Source: Lepidodermella squamata
Taxonomy: Eukaryota > Animalia > Gastrotricha
Assembly: GCA_047495785.1 (NCBI GenBank)
Contig: JBLDXI010000010.1
Location: 1,612,001 to 1,676,000, forward strand
Reading direction: 5' to 3'
Length of the DNA stretch: 64,000 nucleotides
The position numbers and the translations under genes are program-made. The notes beneath the pieces are model-generated. The model did no database searches. It saw only the letters and a program-made list of their open reading frames with translations, and was not told the DNA's origin. Every line of letters starts with the position of its first letter. The stretch's first letter is position 1. Of the stretch, positions 12,701 through 27,011 are shown in pieces.

Positions 12701-14042
12701 ATGCATAAACGTGACGTCACAATAGACATTTCGCTTGAAAAATCTTCGTTTTACGCCGGCGAAAAGATCAAAGGATCTGTTTATTTGAACAGCGAACGGC
12801 CGGTTAATGTCAACTATATCGTTGTATCCCTGACCGGGATTATCGGCATCGGCGAGATGAAGAAGAACAAGCTGGAGGCTAAGAAAAGTGTCCAGCTCGA
12901 AGTACCGAAAGCTCCGTCAAAAAAGCCAGATGAGGATGGGCAAGAGAACAAACGCCAGACAGAGATTGTTCTCCATTCAATGGGAACTCTGCCCATACCG
13001 AACAAGTTTCTTCAACCTGGCGTCACTGTATCTCTCCCGTTCAGTTTCGAGCTTTCAGGCGCGTAAGTTGATAGAAAGATCAGCATTTGTATGATTTCAG
13101 CATTCATCTGATATCAGGGGTCAAGTTGTTTCGACATGCGAACTGAATCATGGCTATGTTCGTTACTGGATCGAAGCCTTTTTCCCAGAACTTGATCTAT
13201 GGAACAACCCACCAATTGGTTATCAACCTGTGACAATTTACGACATAGTCGACACTAATACAGCGGAAAGTGTTGCGAAAGCTCCTCAGGGTACTATCAG
13301 GGTCAAAATAGTTGGGGAAGGAGGTTGCTGTGGCTCTACGGCTGGCGGCGAGGCTCATTTCACGGCTAAGTTGGACAGAGGGGTCTACTTGCCGGATGAA
13401 GTGGTGACAGTTCAATGCCAGGGTCGAAATAATACTGGTAGAATCCTGAAACCATTCATCGAGTTCACTCAGAAACAGAAATTCGACAAAATTACACGTG
13501 AGATTACGCTAATGCCTTGAAGCTTAATTTTGAAGTTCTTCATTCAGTTGGAGATTACTTCTTGAAAACACATCGATTGAATCAGCCGAGTGGCATGCCT
13601 CCAGCTCCTATAACTAATGGGTTTAACGGAAAGTTTGTACTTTACGGTGTGATTCCTTCTGGCCTAGCGCCAAACTTGAAACAGCGCCTAATAGAGGTCG
13701 ATTACGTTGTTACGGTAAATGATCGCAAAGCTTTTCACAACGCTCACAGTTTCTCTATTTCAGGTTGGATTTCAAAGTGGAGACGACGATCCTTTCCTCG
13801 AGGATTTTCCTATTACACTTGGTACGGTTCCGTTCAAGCAGCAAATGTCAGGGGCGGCAATAATCACTCAGGAGCCCCAGCCGAAATGGCTTCACGTTAT
13901 GGACCGAGAGAAGGCGAATTTACTCGCTTCGGTTTATAACAAAACACCACGGCTGCCTAAATTGGCTCATTTGACGCCGGAATTCGCTGAACGATTCGGC
14001 CATTACATTATTAGCCACTGCGGGCTTGGGGACGAGAAGTGA
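12701..14042 (+). CDS. Arrestin-domain (alpha-arrestin/ARRDC-like) protein, 4 exons
   Basis: FYAGEKIKGSV, LPFSFEL, HGYVRYWIEA, YLPDEVV, IEVDYVVTV, FPITLGT. Introns ~50 bp, e.g. 13063-13117. Confidence 0.85.
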
Positions 14043-14606
14043 GCAAGTCGAGGATAAAGCAAGTCAAACTTGCCCATGGGAAAAACTGAAGTCCTGGTGA
14101 ATGAACCTGTGGCACCTTTACCTAATTTAATTTCTTCTGAAAGCATTCTATTTTTGGTTTGATATCTTGAAAAAAGCTTCTTTAAATAAAGTGCCTTCGC
14201 GATAACTAGAAATGTCTGCGTTAATCTGGGTCGTGAACGGAACAGGACCTTCTTGTAGTCACCTTGATTACCTATATTTCTCAATCTTGTTAAAAGCTTG
14301 AATTAAAGGAGTTGTTTGCAACCTCAGGACATTGATTGGATTGTTAAGGAAGCATTGTTTCTTGACGGAAAGCAGCAGCGTAAGCAATCAGCGGCATATT
14401 TGAGCATTAACTGATGCGGTACGCCATCAGGTGCCTCAACGGAAATAACGGAATGAAGGTTTACCTATCCTAAATTGCGAGCTTCCAGCCCCGAATGCTG
14501 GAGAAGCACTGTCCAGCATGGCATTTGTGATACTGCATTACTATGCTGCCAAGCCCTCATCTCCGAATTTTCCCTAAAAACTAATTTGAGCCTGTGGTTT
14601 CCTGTA

Positions 14607-16350
14607 CAGTGCTCCCTCGATAAAAGCACTGGGTCGGGAGCCAGACCCGGTCTTTAAACAAGGGAAAGCTATAACGAGGGCTGTAGTTGAATGCAGAAGC
14701 TAAAAATAGACCGTTTCTACGGCTTAAGACAGTTGCCATGCCAACGCGCAGAAAGAGACGGACACGGATTACGTGAAACAATAACACTATGAATGATGAG
14801 TTCGTCGCAAAGTATTTATTCTTATTTGCCAGGGCGGCTTTGATTTGACTGGTTGGCCTTGTTTTTTTTTTACCCTGATTTCATGTCCTGCCTGAGGTTA
14901 ACGAACTCAGAATGAAAAAACCTGGAATCTCATTATTTCAATTTACTTCAAAAATTCCCAGCTCATCCGATTTTGCAAATTTTATTTGAAATCACAGCTT
15001 AAAAAATCAATCACTTTGGTCAAGATTGATCAGAATACTTTGAATAAATCACAAGCAAATTCAGCCAAACATTCTCAAGATAATGCAGTGTTCAATTCGG
15101 AACTCATGCTTCGCCTAAAATTTGTAGAATTATTGTAGAATTATTAATAATATGAAATTTAAAACAATTAGGATGAAAATAAAGTCGACTTTATAATAGA
15201 GGGAGCTTCGAAAATAACCCTCATTGAGATGTCATTGAGCAATCACGGACCGATTTCAAGGCATAAGACGTGTGGTTCCGTCAAGAGGGAATGGGGAACA
15301 AGAGGGTGTTTAGATTCAATGGGATAAATTTGTATCTTCCCAGGCGTGATCTCGTTTCATTCGACTGGCCTATTAAGATCAGAGCAAGGTAAAAAATCGG
15401 ACAGAAGCTCCCGCCGCCCCTCCTCGGGATATGGCGATTTTCAAAGTCAAAATCGAATGATTAAAAGTTGTGAAAAAACCCGTAAAATTACCAAGGCGTT
15501 GAGCAATGAAATCGTAGAGTAGTGGCAGCCAGTTTCAAGGTAGATCAGGCCTATCGACAATCGAAAATCGGCTAATAATTTTGATAAATCAGGGGAACTG
15601 GAACGAATGAAATCTGTCTAATTTTATGAAAATAAATCCATGTATCGAAAGTAAAATAAATCTTGAAACAAGGACATGATTCTTCATGATTACGCAACAC
15701 AGCTGGGAACAAAATTAGGAATAACTGAAGTTTCAGTTTTCCTTGAAAAACACGATTTATATCCTATTTGATCGTGCTGGTAAATTTCAAGAGATTTTCC
15801 GACCGGGAAAAAGCTAAAAAAAATCGGGGCAATTAAGATGAGTCTTTCATAGTTGATCAGCAATTGATCAGACCTGAGGAAAAATCTGCAAATCAAGCAG
15901 ATAGAAGATTGGCGGGCATTTTTATAGCTATTGAAATGAATTGCTGATTTTGTCTGATAAACTGGCAACTGGCGTAATTTCTGATGGAAAAGTTTAACGA
16001 AAAAGCAAGACGACTCGCAGCGCGACTTGAGTGGCAGCTAATCCACACACTCTGTTGCATAATCACAGCCATTTTAAAGCCACAAGATCAGCTTAATGCA
16101 ATGATGATCTTTCAACTCGTTTGAACTAAACATGAAATAACTGGATCTCTCAAAACCACGACAACGCGCCGCTAGGTTTCTAGGAACGCTTTATTTTTTT
16201 AATTTTTCACGCTTAATTTTTTTATTCTGTCAAATAATTATTTTTTGTTTAATTAATAATTTTCAACTCATTTATTTAGCAGGGTCCAAAATTACGGTCT
16301 ACAAACGAGGGAGTTCTTTTAAGGAGGGTGCCACTAACGAGGGAGCACTG
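14607..16350. mobile_element. Non-autonomous Tc1/mariner-type DNA transposon (~1.74 kb)
   Basis: Terminal inverted repeat CAGTGCTCCCTCG at both ends, each flanked by TA. No transposase ORF. Confidence 0.65.
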
Positions 16351-16741
16351 TATTCCTTTAGGTGCCCTTGCTATCTTCGCCCTTCTAAGCCCCTCTCGAG
16401 TCAGCCGAAATAATATGTAAACTTACTGTTTAATGAATTGAACTCTGCCTTGCCTTACAAATCCTAGGCCTGAGCCTTGAGCCTTTCTGAACCTGAGCCT
16501 TCTCTGAAGGAGCTGGAATAGCCCTGCCCTGCCTGTAAGACCTTCAATATTGCCGTTAACAACCTTCGATTGTATTCAGCCCTAATCAGTTGGCGCAACG
16601 AGCGTGGGTATTTCTGTTAACTTCTGAGTTGGCGCTGCCTTGTAACGACTCATTTTGAGTAAGTGAAGAAAGTGTTAGTAAGGCCTGTTATTTTACTTAA
16701 ATCACTGCTATCAATGAATTCCCTTTTTGACCTACGAAACA

Positions 16742-18052
16742 TCATGACGTCAATATTGAAAATGTTGCGCTATATGTGGCTAAACTAGCCGTTAAAAATA
16801 TGCTAAATACGCCAAAGTCAAGTAAATCGACGCGATTGAAATAGCTGTTAACCGATGCTAACCAATAAGTCGAATGGCTAATACAGAGACGAGAAACGAA
16901 TAGGGCGTATAATGCTATCGAGACTCCAATAATTGTTTGAGCTGCGACGCATTTCATCAAATACAGTGATTCAGCGGTTCTTGGAATCGCCTGAGCAAGC
17001 AAGGTAAACACAACTGACGTAGCTAGAAATAGAGTAATAGATAAGTTAGCTCTTTGCGCATATTTGCCTGGCATAATCAATGTTCCTAGCTGAAGAATGG
17101 TCAAAGCAGCTAGAGGTAGGAAAATAGTTGAAAAATAGGCTTGAGGTTTGCGTTTGAATTCGAAGATGAATTCAATGTTATCAGCCAAGCCAGTGCCATT
17201 ATTTTTTGCGCCGTGTGAATCGTGATTTTCTAATATCCAAATGCTCGATTCGTCCATGATGTTTTCGACGTTGAATGCATTTATGCTGAATTCAGCAAAA
17301 CCTACTAGGATTTTATCTATATCCCTACTTATTGCGATCGACAGTTTGCATCTTTGTCTATCGAACGGAAACCTGTGAAAAAAATTGCATGTTTTCGGAG
17401 TGATGCCGCTTAGCTGCCTCTCTGACCTTTTGAATGAAAAAGAGCAAATAGAATTGAACCTGCCTTGGATCGACCATGACATTGTTCCATCACCCAACAA
17501 GTACATCTCACCGGTTCTGGGCAATTATATAGTTGAAGGACGATTCACAATAAAGTCTTACCTTTCAAAGGGATTCAAGATATTCCCAGCTGAATTTGCA
17601 TGCTTCAAAGGAGGTAGCCATATTTCATCGTTCTTCAACATGCACATCGGCCATGCAAACTCGTCAGACTGGTTCCATTGCGCACATGGCGGCATACTCC
17701 AACCTATCAAGACCTCCGCCTCAATCGAGAACCTGTATTGAGATGTTAGAAGCCATAAAAATAGGTATCGTATCACGTATCACGTTTGGTAGTAATCGTC
17801 CAATTTGACATCTCCAATAGGTTCCAACTCGAGGGTAAGACCGATAGGCTTATTGCCCACGTTCGGTCGTGTTGTTTTACTCCTGAGATACGGGCATCTT
17901 GCGACCAAGTAGGAACAAAATGAAAACCACCCAAAATTATCATAGGGATCAATATCGGCCGCATCCATAAGGCTATCGTCACATTTTACATTCCACAGTG
18001 ATCGACAGAAAAGCACAGCAGAAAAGAAGCAAATAAATCTGCCATATTGCAT
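16742..18052 (-). CDS. Cys-loop channel subunit A1, 4 exons
   Basis: Exons 18052-17784, 17732-17562, 17516-17427, 17372-16742. Cys-loop CSFSFKRFPFDRQRC, four TMs. Confidence 0.92.
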
Positions 18053-18814
18053 TTTGCTTTCGGGAAACTGAAAAACCAGTTTGATAACATTCTTGCTTCA
18101 TGCTCGACAAGTTTGAATGTGTTGTATAAGCGCAAATATAATCCACAGTAAATATTTGCTCAATAACTGGCACTGCGGGCAAAGCGAATGGGCAATTCAA
18201 ATCTTCAGCTGTTTCGTGATGAATTTTACATTATAATTTGTTTCACAACATGGTTAGACAGTAGACAGAAGACCATGGCCCTAAGTTCGAAGTGCCAATG
18301 CAAAAAACCTTGAAATTGTTATAGTTTCAATAATTCCCCTGAAGCCTAGCCATTCATCCAATTTGTTTTCGTGACTTGAAAGTGTCTGCCACTGGAAAGA
18401 CGTACGCTAATTTGCAATTTCTTTTTCAATTTCTCAATTTTTTAGATTTTTTCGCTAAGATGCTTCTCATTGATTCGAAGTTCGCAAAAACTTGTTAATG
18501 CGCGATTAAAAAATCACATATGTTATTTCCTAAAGCTTGAAACCTGAAGTCTTCGATGCTGATTTAGCACGAAAAAGCACGAAAATTGCGAATTTTTAAC
18601 TCAAAGAATCCCTGAACCTAGCTGGGTTCATAAGATCTGAAAGCGTACGCCCTTATATCAACGGTTTCAATAAGGAATATTTTTTGTGTCTGCCACTGAG
18701 CGTGGTCCAGTGGGCAAAAATCGGAACACTGGGCCTTGTTACAGCTCGAGACACTAACAAACTTCATATCTTGAGTACAAATCTGCTGTTTTATTCGACT
18801 TCAATCAAGAAAAA

Positions 18815-20143
18815 TCAAGAGGTTAACACTGAGAGTGTTGAGCTGTATGTTACTAAGCTTGCAGTCAGTAAAATTGAGAACAAACCAAAGTCGAGTAAAT
18901 CTATCCGATTGAAGAAGCCATTTACCTGGGCTAGCCAATAATGAGGGTAGCCTATGGCGAGGCGGCAGACTACGAGAATGTAAATTGTCAAGATTACTCC
19001 TATAATCGTCTGAGCAGCAACGCACTTCATCAAATGTAACGAGTCAGCGGTTTTCGGGATTTCCTGAGCAAGCAAGGTCAACACGACTGATGAGGCGAGA
19101 AACAGCGTGGTAGATAAGTTAGCTCTTTGCGCGTATTTGCCTGGCATTATCAAAGTTCCGAGTTGCAGAATGGTCAATGTAACAAGAGGTAGGAAAATTG
19201 TCGTGTAATACGCCTGAGGCTTGCGTTTGAATTCAAAGATGAAATCAACCGTGTCATAAAGGCCAGTGTGATTGTTTATTGAGCCGGATGAATCGTAGCT
19301 TTCTAATACCCAGACATCCGATTCGTCCATGAGGCCTTCGATGGCGAAGTGAAAGTCCACACCAGCGAATCCAACCATCACTTTGTCAATCTCTCGGCTT
19401 ATCGCGATCGAGATTTTGCATCGCTGTTTGTCAAAAGGAAACCTATGTAAAAGTTTCTTTTCAGCTCATCTACCATTAATATATAAATCAAAATAACAGT
19501 ACCTCTTGAAAGATAAATTGCAGATTGAATTGAACTTTCCGCCAGTGGACCATATTAGCTTTCCATCATCAGTAAGGAATAAATCATCTTTCCTGAAAGA
19601 AATTCGGTAATCTTCATCAGGTTGGCAAGAGATTCTGCGACTTCTCACCCTTCGACAGGATTATTGATGTTACCAGCCGAGTTGGCATGTTTCAATGCCG
19701 GTAACCATACTTGTTCGTTTTTCAACACGCAGATGGAATATTTTGACTCAACAGATGTGATCCAATTAGCGCAAGGCGGCATTTCCCAAATAACAATAAC
19801 CTCAGCCTCGATAGAAAATCTGTGGAAATCATGAAGGGGGCAGCGTTCGAAATAAAAAGTGATTAAAACATTACGTTTGGTAGTAATCATCGAGTCTGAC
19901 GTCTCCGATAGGATTAAAACTAATCAAGAGATTGGTAAATGCTTCGCCATCAATTGCTGGTCGTGTAGTTTTACTCCTGAGATACGGACACTTCGCGACT
20001 AAATCGGAACAAAATGAGTACCATCCATATTCATCGTAAGGGTCTAGTTCGAATGAATCGGCCGGCGAGTTGGCCGAAATTGTGGGTCGACACTGGAATA
20101 AAAGAATGGCATAAATGAAGTGGCTAGAAAGGCCGAGACTCAT
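18815..20143 (-). CDS. Cys-loop channel subunit A2, 4 exons
   Basis: Same intron positions as A1. CNLSFKRFPFDKQRC, M2 AQRANLSTTLFL. Confidence 0.92.
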
Positions 20144-20624
20144 TTCGTCTGTAAGAAAATGACATATGAAGTGACAGCAACGAATTTGATTCCACTCTGC
20201 ATGCGTTTTGCTTAGTCGTGTTAGTGCAATAATTCAGTGTCAATATTTACAGACAACTCGCGCGGTGCGAGTTGCGAGATTCCTTCTCATTAAATGTCTT
20301 CATATATGCTTAAATTCGCTATGAATTCTCCTCTTAGAACAGTCAGTTCACTTAACATAAAAGCCAAAGTATGCAATCGGACTTTTACATCTGACTGCCA
20401 AAAGCCAAAAGCCAAAAGAGCGAATTTGCCTGTGACCATCCTCGATCCTCGAGGTGTTTAAAACGCAAATTCACAAAGACATTCTTTTTCGAACACAGCA
20501 TGGCCCATCAACGAAAAATTGAGGACGTGACCAATCACGTTGAGCTTTTGAAGAGCCTGCGTCATGATTTTTTGAGCTGACTCAAATTTGAACGTAGTTT
20601 ATTGCGGAAAAGTACTGCAATACA

Positions 20625-22046
20625 TCAGATAGTTAATAGTGCCAAAATCGTTGCGCTATAAGCAACTAAACTTGCTGTAATGAAAATTACAAGCAAACCA
20701 AAATCAAGTGCATCCACTCGATTGAAATAACTGTTAATGGGTGTTAGCCAATACTCACTTTGATTATCAGATAGACGGTTCACTACTAGCGTATAAAGAG
20801 TTATAACGACCCCAATTATTGCCTGTACGGCGATGCATTTCATCAAATGCAGAGATTCAGCAGTTTTTGGGATTTCTTGAGCCAGAAGAGTCAGCAGCAC
20901 TGAAGAGGCAAGGAACAAAGTTGTAGATAAGTTGGCTCTTTCAACGAATTGGCCCGGCATTATCAGAGCCCCCAACTGTAGAATGGTCAGAGTAACCATC
21001 GGTAAGAAAATTGTGGCAGAATAGGCGTGAGGTTTGCGTTTAAAATCGAAGACGAAATGAACGGTATCAGCTAAGCCTGTATCATTGTTGATATTTTTGT
21101 AAAATTGCAGATTTTCCAGCTTCCACACGTCCGATTCGTCCATGATTTCATCGTTACGATATTTCGCAAGCTTAGCTCTCTCGAATCCGACAAACCATCT
21201 GTCAAATTGTCGACCTATTTCTAGCGAAAGTTTGCATTGTTGTTGATCGAAGGGAAACCTGTTATTTCTTAGCTTCAGTTATTTCTTAAAACGCGGCCTC
21301 GCTAAAACTAACCTGATCAGCGACAGAGAGCAGATTGAATTGAACCGTCCGCTGGTTACCCATGTAAATTTAGTTCCGTTTACAAAAGGCATCAGGAACA
21401 ACTGCCCCTTCCTGATCGATGATAACATGAAATACGGATCGTCACATCGAAAATCTCACCTTTCAAACGGATCGACAATGTTTCCGGCTGTGTTTCCATG
21501 TTTCAATGGTGGCAGCCACGTATCTTCGGTTTTTACAATGCAAAATGGCCAGGCAGACTCCTCACTCGCGTTCCATTGAGCACAAGCAGGCGCGTCCCAG
21601 AAAAAAGTGAATTCAGCTTCAATGGAGAATCTGTATTGAGAAATGTAATGACAATTTTTAGTCATGTTCGAGAATTTCACTTCTTTTTTTGCTTTAACAA
21701 TTAAGAAAACCCTGATCAGTGGTTTCTATGCATGAATCACCATTAGATAAAATGACCCTAATCAAAATTACGTTTGATACAAATCGTCCAGTTTGACGTC
21801 TCCAAGCGGTTGGAAAACAGCGATAATACCGACTGCTCTGCCGTTTACGCTCGGTCTAGAAGTTTTACTCGTCAGATACGGGCATTTTGCGACCAGTTCA
21901 GAGCAAAATGAGAACCAGCCAAAAGTGTCATACGGATCTGGTCTGAATGCATTAGTAGAGGAGTTGTCGACAGGAGTAGAGGAGCTTTTAGCCCAGTTAA
22001 ATGAACAAAACATCGAAATACAGACAATACAGCTGCTCAAATGCAT
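20625..22046 (-). CDS. Cys-loop channel subunit A3, 4 exons
   Basis: Same structure as A1. CSLSLIRFPFDQQQC, M2 VERANLSTTLFL. Confidence 0.92.
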
Positions 22047-22361
22047 GTGGCTTCCATCAAAATCGAATGTATTATATGAAGTGGCAAATGATAATTGCGT
22101 TTGAGCTATTTTGTTGGCTGGGTGAGTTTAACGTTGAGGGAAATAATGTTAAGCAAATATTTGAGATAGCTCAGATTTCCAAAGTGTTGCTGGTGCGTTA
22201 TTTAAAAATGCGGAATCGGTAGTTATTCGACTGTAAAGAAATTATGAATCATCAAAATGAGAGACTTGTTATTTGGTACTCAAAAACAAATTTATTGCAA
22301 CAGAATAAGTTGTCAGTATGTTCAAAAGAGCTTAATCACTCATTCATGCACAGGAATCGCC

Positions 22362-23706
22362 TCAGCTTGTAAGGGAGATGAGAGTTTTAGAGAACAAAAC
22401 AATGCTAGCAATTAGAAATACTGCAAATGCAACTAAATCGAGGCAGTCAACCCTCAGCAGATATCTCGTTACAGGCATTCGCCAGTATTTTCGATACATT
22501 GTAGCAAGACGACATGTAATCAGAGCGTACAGAGTTAACGCTACACCCATAGCAGACTGAACAGTTATACAATCGATGAGATGTAGAGATTCCGAAGTTT
22601 TCGGAATTTCATCAGCTAGCAGTGTTAATAAGACAGAAGACGCCAAAAATAGCGTAGCTGACATCTCAGAACGATCGGGGCACTTTGCCGGCATAGCAAA
22701 AACACCCAGTTGAAGGACGGTCAGTGTTCCGAGGGGTAGGAAAATTGTGACGATATATGCTTCATGCTTCCGCTCGAAGTTGAATATGAACTCGACTGTG
22801 TTGTTCCTCTTAGTTTCGTTGTTCAGAATAATGCTATATTGGTAGCCTTTCAGGGACCAGATCTCGGATCGATCGAGTAGATTCACCATGTTAGTATCGA
22901 CAAATTCTATCTCGTGGAAGGTGAGGAATTGCGCGTTGATAAAGTATTTTATAGCTATCACGACTTTGCAGCTTTGTTTGTCAAAAGGGAACCTACACCG
23001 CATGTGTATTTATATTTGTCATATTTATTTAAAAATTTGAAACTTACTTGACAAAGCTCAGGGAACATGTTGACGTAAATTTGCCACTTGTCTCAGAAAC
23101 GGCCATGCCATCGTCAATAAGAACGATGGTGTCGAATTTCTCCAGAGGATTATGCAAAGTTTCGACCCGATTTGCGTGTTTTATCGGTGGCATCCAGATT
23201 GTTCCAAATGGGATGATGCAAATTCCCAAGAACTGCAAATCGAATGGTAGGTCATCGCGATATACTTTCCACTGAGCGCAAGGTGGTAGCTGCCAACCCA
23301 TTGCGAAATTAGCCTCTACTGAAAATCTAATACAAGAAGAAAATTTCAGCACCTCGTAGCATTCAAATACTTACGTCTGTTCGTAATCGTCAACTTTCAT
23401 AGCTCCAATAGGGTTGAAATCCAAATGCACGTCCAGCGCTTCTCCTGATTCAGGCATCGGAATTGTAGTTGAACTCCTGAGGTAAGGGCATTTCGATATT
23501 AACTCGCCACACAGATAATCTTGCTTAGTTTTCTCGCCTGGGGCGAACGTTTTTCCTGGATCTGTGGTGGGCGAATCTTGATCGGATAGCGGATCTTCAG
23601 TCGTTGATACATCTAAACTTTCCTGCGTTGTGATCTCTGTAGTCAAATTTTGAGCTAGACAGCTGAATGGGCAGCGGATTAGCAAAAGCAGCAAAAGGCG
23701 TGTCAT
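22362..23706 (-). CDS. Cys-loop channel subunit A'1, 3 exons
   Basis: Acidic/Thr-rich N-terminal extension, LCGELISKCPYL, CSLSFVKFPFDKQSC, M2 PDRSEMSATLFL. Confidence 0.92.
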
Positions 23707-24182
23707 AGTTCTATCCTACGTCCTACATCATAAGCATGCGAGGATGAGTTGGTAAGCGTAAAACTCGCGGATGATTACCAGATTATTTACTCACTGTTAG
23801 AGTGTGAAAAATGACTACTCTTTCGAGTATGAGATGCATATGTTTGCCAATTTTGATGGCGACTGAATCAACACGCATCGAGCTCGGATATCGATGATGC
23901 TGATGCTAGCCTTTGTAATTACTCGCAGACACGTGTAAATCTCGAATATTTATCAACGAATAATGAAACCTGGTATGAGAGATAACATAGTAATTTTACC
24001 CGTCAGTCCACAGCCAAATAATGCCGAATTATGATTTTATTTCCCCCTTTCTTCTTCGTTCCAGAAGATAATAGTGCGCCTGGGCCTTGAGCCAAGGCCT
24101 TTTATTAGACTATGCATTGACCTCTAACCTCTCAGCTAGGCCTCTAAACGAGGTGTATTTAAAATTAGTATTTCGATATTTA

Positions 24183-24675
24183 CCGTAATGCCCGAAATGT
24201 TAGTCCTGTCCTTTTTTCAAAACAAGTCGAAACCCCGCCTTATAATTGGGACCGCCCTTCATTTGAGGCTTGACCTTTATTATTTCGAACCCTTCTCAAC
24301 TCACCATCACATATCGCTATACAACGCTTGCAGTCCCTACGAATTGGCCTCTAAAAAGATCGGCATATATGCTCGGTTTTTTAAGACGAGGAGAAAACTA
24401 TTTGGAAATTTTTTGGAAATTTACCAAAATATATCATAAAATGGGGTGTGACTTTTTTCATCCGACCAATGTCTTATTTCATCCGACAACCAGAAATATG
24501 ACTAAAATCATCCGACATGAAAATATCGACTTTCTCGATATCAAAATGATGATACCCGCGTCGGCGAACTGACCTTTATTTGAGACCTTTATTATTTCGA
24601 ATGACCCTTCGACCCCGTTTTATATTCGAAGCCGACTTTTATATGAGGCTGACTAACCTTTCGGGCAGTATACGG
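24183..24675. mobile_element. Tc1/mariner-type MITE with CCGTA termini
   Basis: TA|CCGTAATGCCCGAAATGTTAGTC ... GACTAACCTTTCGGGCAGTATACGG|TA, imperfect TIRs with TA flanks. Confidence 0.7.
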
Positions 24676-24882
24676 TATGAGTATTTTCTTTTTCGATTTT
24701 GAATGTCTTTTTCTGTTCTATTCGCAAATCCTCATCGTATGGAGTGAAATGGGATTACCTTATGTTAGCATAACAAGGTTTGGCGGAAAATCGAAAATTC
24801 CTCTTCTTATTCTTATTCCTACGAGCAACACCACAGATTCTAGACGCCAATCCCAGAATTGCACAGAGGTTCTAGCTACGGG

Positions 24883-25101
24883 CAGGGTGCGAAGTACAGG
24901 GGTGCTGGGGGTGTCGCGACACCCCAGCTCCGGGATTCCAACCATAGGAAAGCTGAAAAACCAGCTTGTTTTCTAGATTGTTGCTTGTTTTCTAGGACCC
25001 AGCCGAAGATTGTTTTCTAGGACCCAGCCTTTGGTTCTTCGGCTGGGTTCTAGAAAACAAGCAGAAAACAGCTCAACACCCGGATCCTACTTCGCACACT
25101 G
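24883..25101. mobile_element. hAT-superfamily MITE (219 bp)
   Basis: TIRs CAGGGTGCGAAGTA / TACTTCGCACACTG, exact 8-bp TSD GCTACGGG. A related copy lies at 51443. Confidence 0.85.
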
Positions 25102-25112
25102 GCTACGGGTTC

Positions 25113-25330
25113 TAGCCAATAATCACTTTGATTAGCAGATAGACGGCATACTACTAGCATATAAAGAGTTATAGTGACACCAACTATTGCTTGTGCAGCG
25201 ATGCATATCATCAAATGCAGCGATTCTGCAGTTTTCGGGATTTCCAGAGCCAGAAGAGTCAGTAGCACGGAAGAGGCAAGGAACAGAGTTGTAGATAAGT
25301 TGGCTCTTTCAACAAATTGCCCGGCATTAT
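25113..25330 (-). pseudogene. M2-M3 fragment of an A3/A4-type Cys-loop gene
   Basis: GQFVERANLSTTLFLASS...NQSDYWL is near-identical to A3/A4. Its 5' side is fused directly to sequence homologous to the 30577 intergenic region, and M4 is absent. Confidence 0.88.
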
Positions 25331-25671
25331 AAATTGCCACGGCACATCTGGCAACATGATGAGGATTCTTTCGAGGATTGAAAGCTGTCAAATGACTGCC
25401 AGCCATTACGAATTACGGCTGAAAGAATCCAAGGCGTTCAGTGATCAGTGGAGCCAATTTATATAGGTGAGTTACCGTAATCCAGAACTGAAACTTGCAG
25501 AGTCTGTGTATTTCAATTTTAAAACAATGATAGCCAAAAGTAAGGCATTACACTAGAATCGTCATTTACTGCAACAACATGAGTGGTTAATACTATAACG
25601 ATGTAACACTTTTAATTAGACAATACATTTACTACCTGAAGACCTTTCCATCATCCGCAACGGGATTCGCT

Positions 25672-27011
25672 TCAGCTTGTAAGGGAGATGAGCGTTTTAG
25701 AGAACAAAATAATGCTAGCAATTAGGAATACTGCAAATGCAACTAAATCGAGGCAGTCAACCCTCAGCAGATATCTTGTTACAGCTACTCGCCAATATTT
25801 TCGATACATAGTAGAAAGACGGCATGTAATCAATGCATGAAGAGTTAAGGCTACTCCCATCGAAGATTGAACTGTAATACAATCAATGAGATGAAGAGAT
25901 TCCGATGTTTTCGGTATTTCCCCAGCTAGAAGTGTCAGCAAGACTGAAGAAGCCAAAAATAACGTAGCTGACATTTCAGAGCGATCGGGGCACTTCGCTG
26001 GCATGGCAAACACGCCCAATTGGAGGACGGTCAGTGTTCCGAGTGGTAGGAAGATGGTGACAAGGTATGCTTTATGTTTTCGCTCGAAGTTGAATATGAA
26101 CTCGACAGTGTTATTCAGCTTTGTATCGTTGCTTAAAATGGTATTATGGCTGTAGCCTCTCAGGGACCAGATCTCCGAGCGATCGAGTAGGTCCAACATA
26201 TTAGTATCGACAAAATCTATCTCGTGGAAGGTGAGGAATTGCGCGTTGATAATATACTTAATAGCTATTACTACTTTGCAGCTTTGTTTATCGAAAGGAA
26301 ACCTATATTGATTATCAAGATTTGTATAGAAAATTAAAATCTGAAATTATGAAAAATTACTTAACAAAGCTCAGGGAACATGTCGATGTAAACTTGCCGC
26401 TTGTTTCAGAAGCCGCCAGGCCATAACTCACGAGAATTATGGTGTCAAATTTTTCCAGAGGATTATGCAAGGTTTCGACCCGATTTGCGTGTTTTATCGG
26501 TGGCATCCAGATTGTTCCAAATGGAATGATGCACATGTTCAAGAGAAACAAATCAAACGGTAGGTCGTCCCGGTATTTTTCCCATCGAGCGCAAGGCGGC
26601 AGCTGCCAACCCATAACGAAATTAGCTTCTAGAGAAAATCTATACCGACGGAAATGTTTAAACTACGTCATAATTGAATAATTACGTCTGCTCGTAATCG
26701 TCAACTTTCATCGCTCCAATAGGGTTGAAACGTAAATGCACGTCAAGTGCTCCTCCTGATTCAGGCAGCGGAATTGTAGTTGAGCTCCTGAGGTAAGGGC
26801 ATTTCGATATCAACTCCCCACACAGGTAATCTTCACTGGTTTTTTCGCCCGCGGCGAATTCATTTCCTGTATCTGCCCTGGTTAACTCGATTAGGGGCTC
26901 CTGAGTCGTTGGCAAGTCTGAGCTTTCCTGCGTTGTGATCTCTGTAGTCTCGTTTTGAGCCAGACAGCTGAATGGGCAGCAGATTAGCAAATGCAGCAGA
27001 AAGCGTGTCAT
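25672..27011 (-). CDS. Cys-loop channel subunit A'2, 3 exons
   Basis: Close paralog of 22362-23706, including upstream sequence. Confidence 0.92.
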
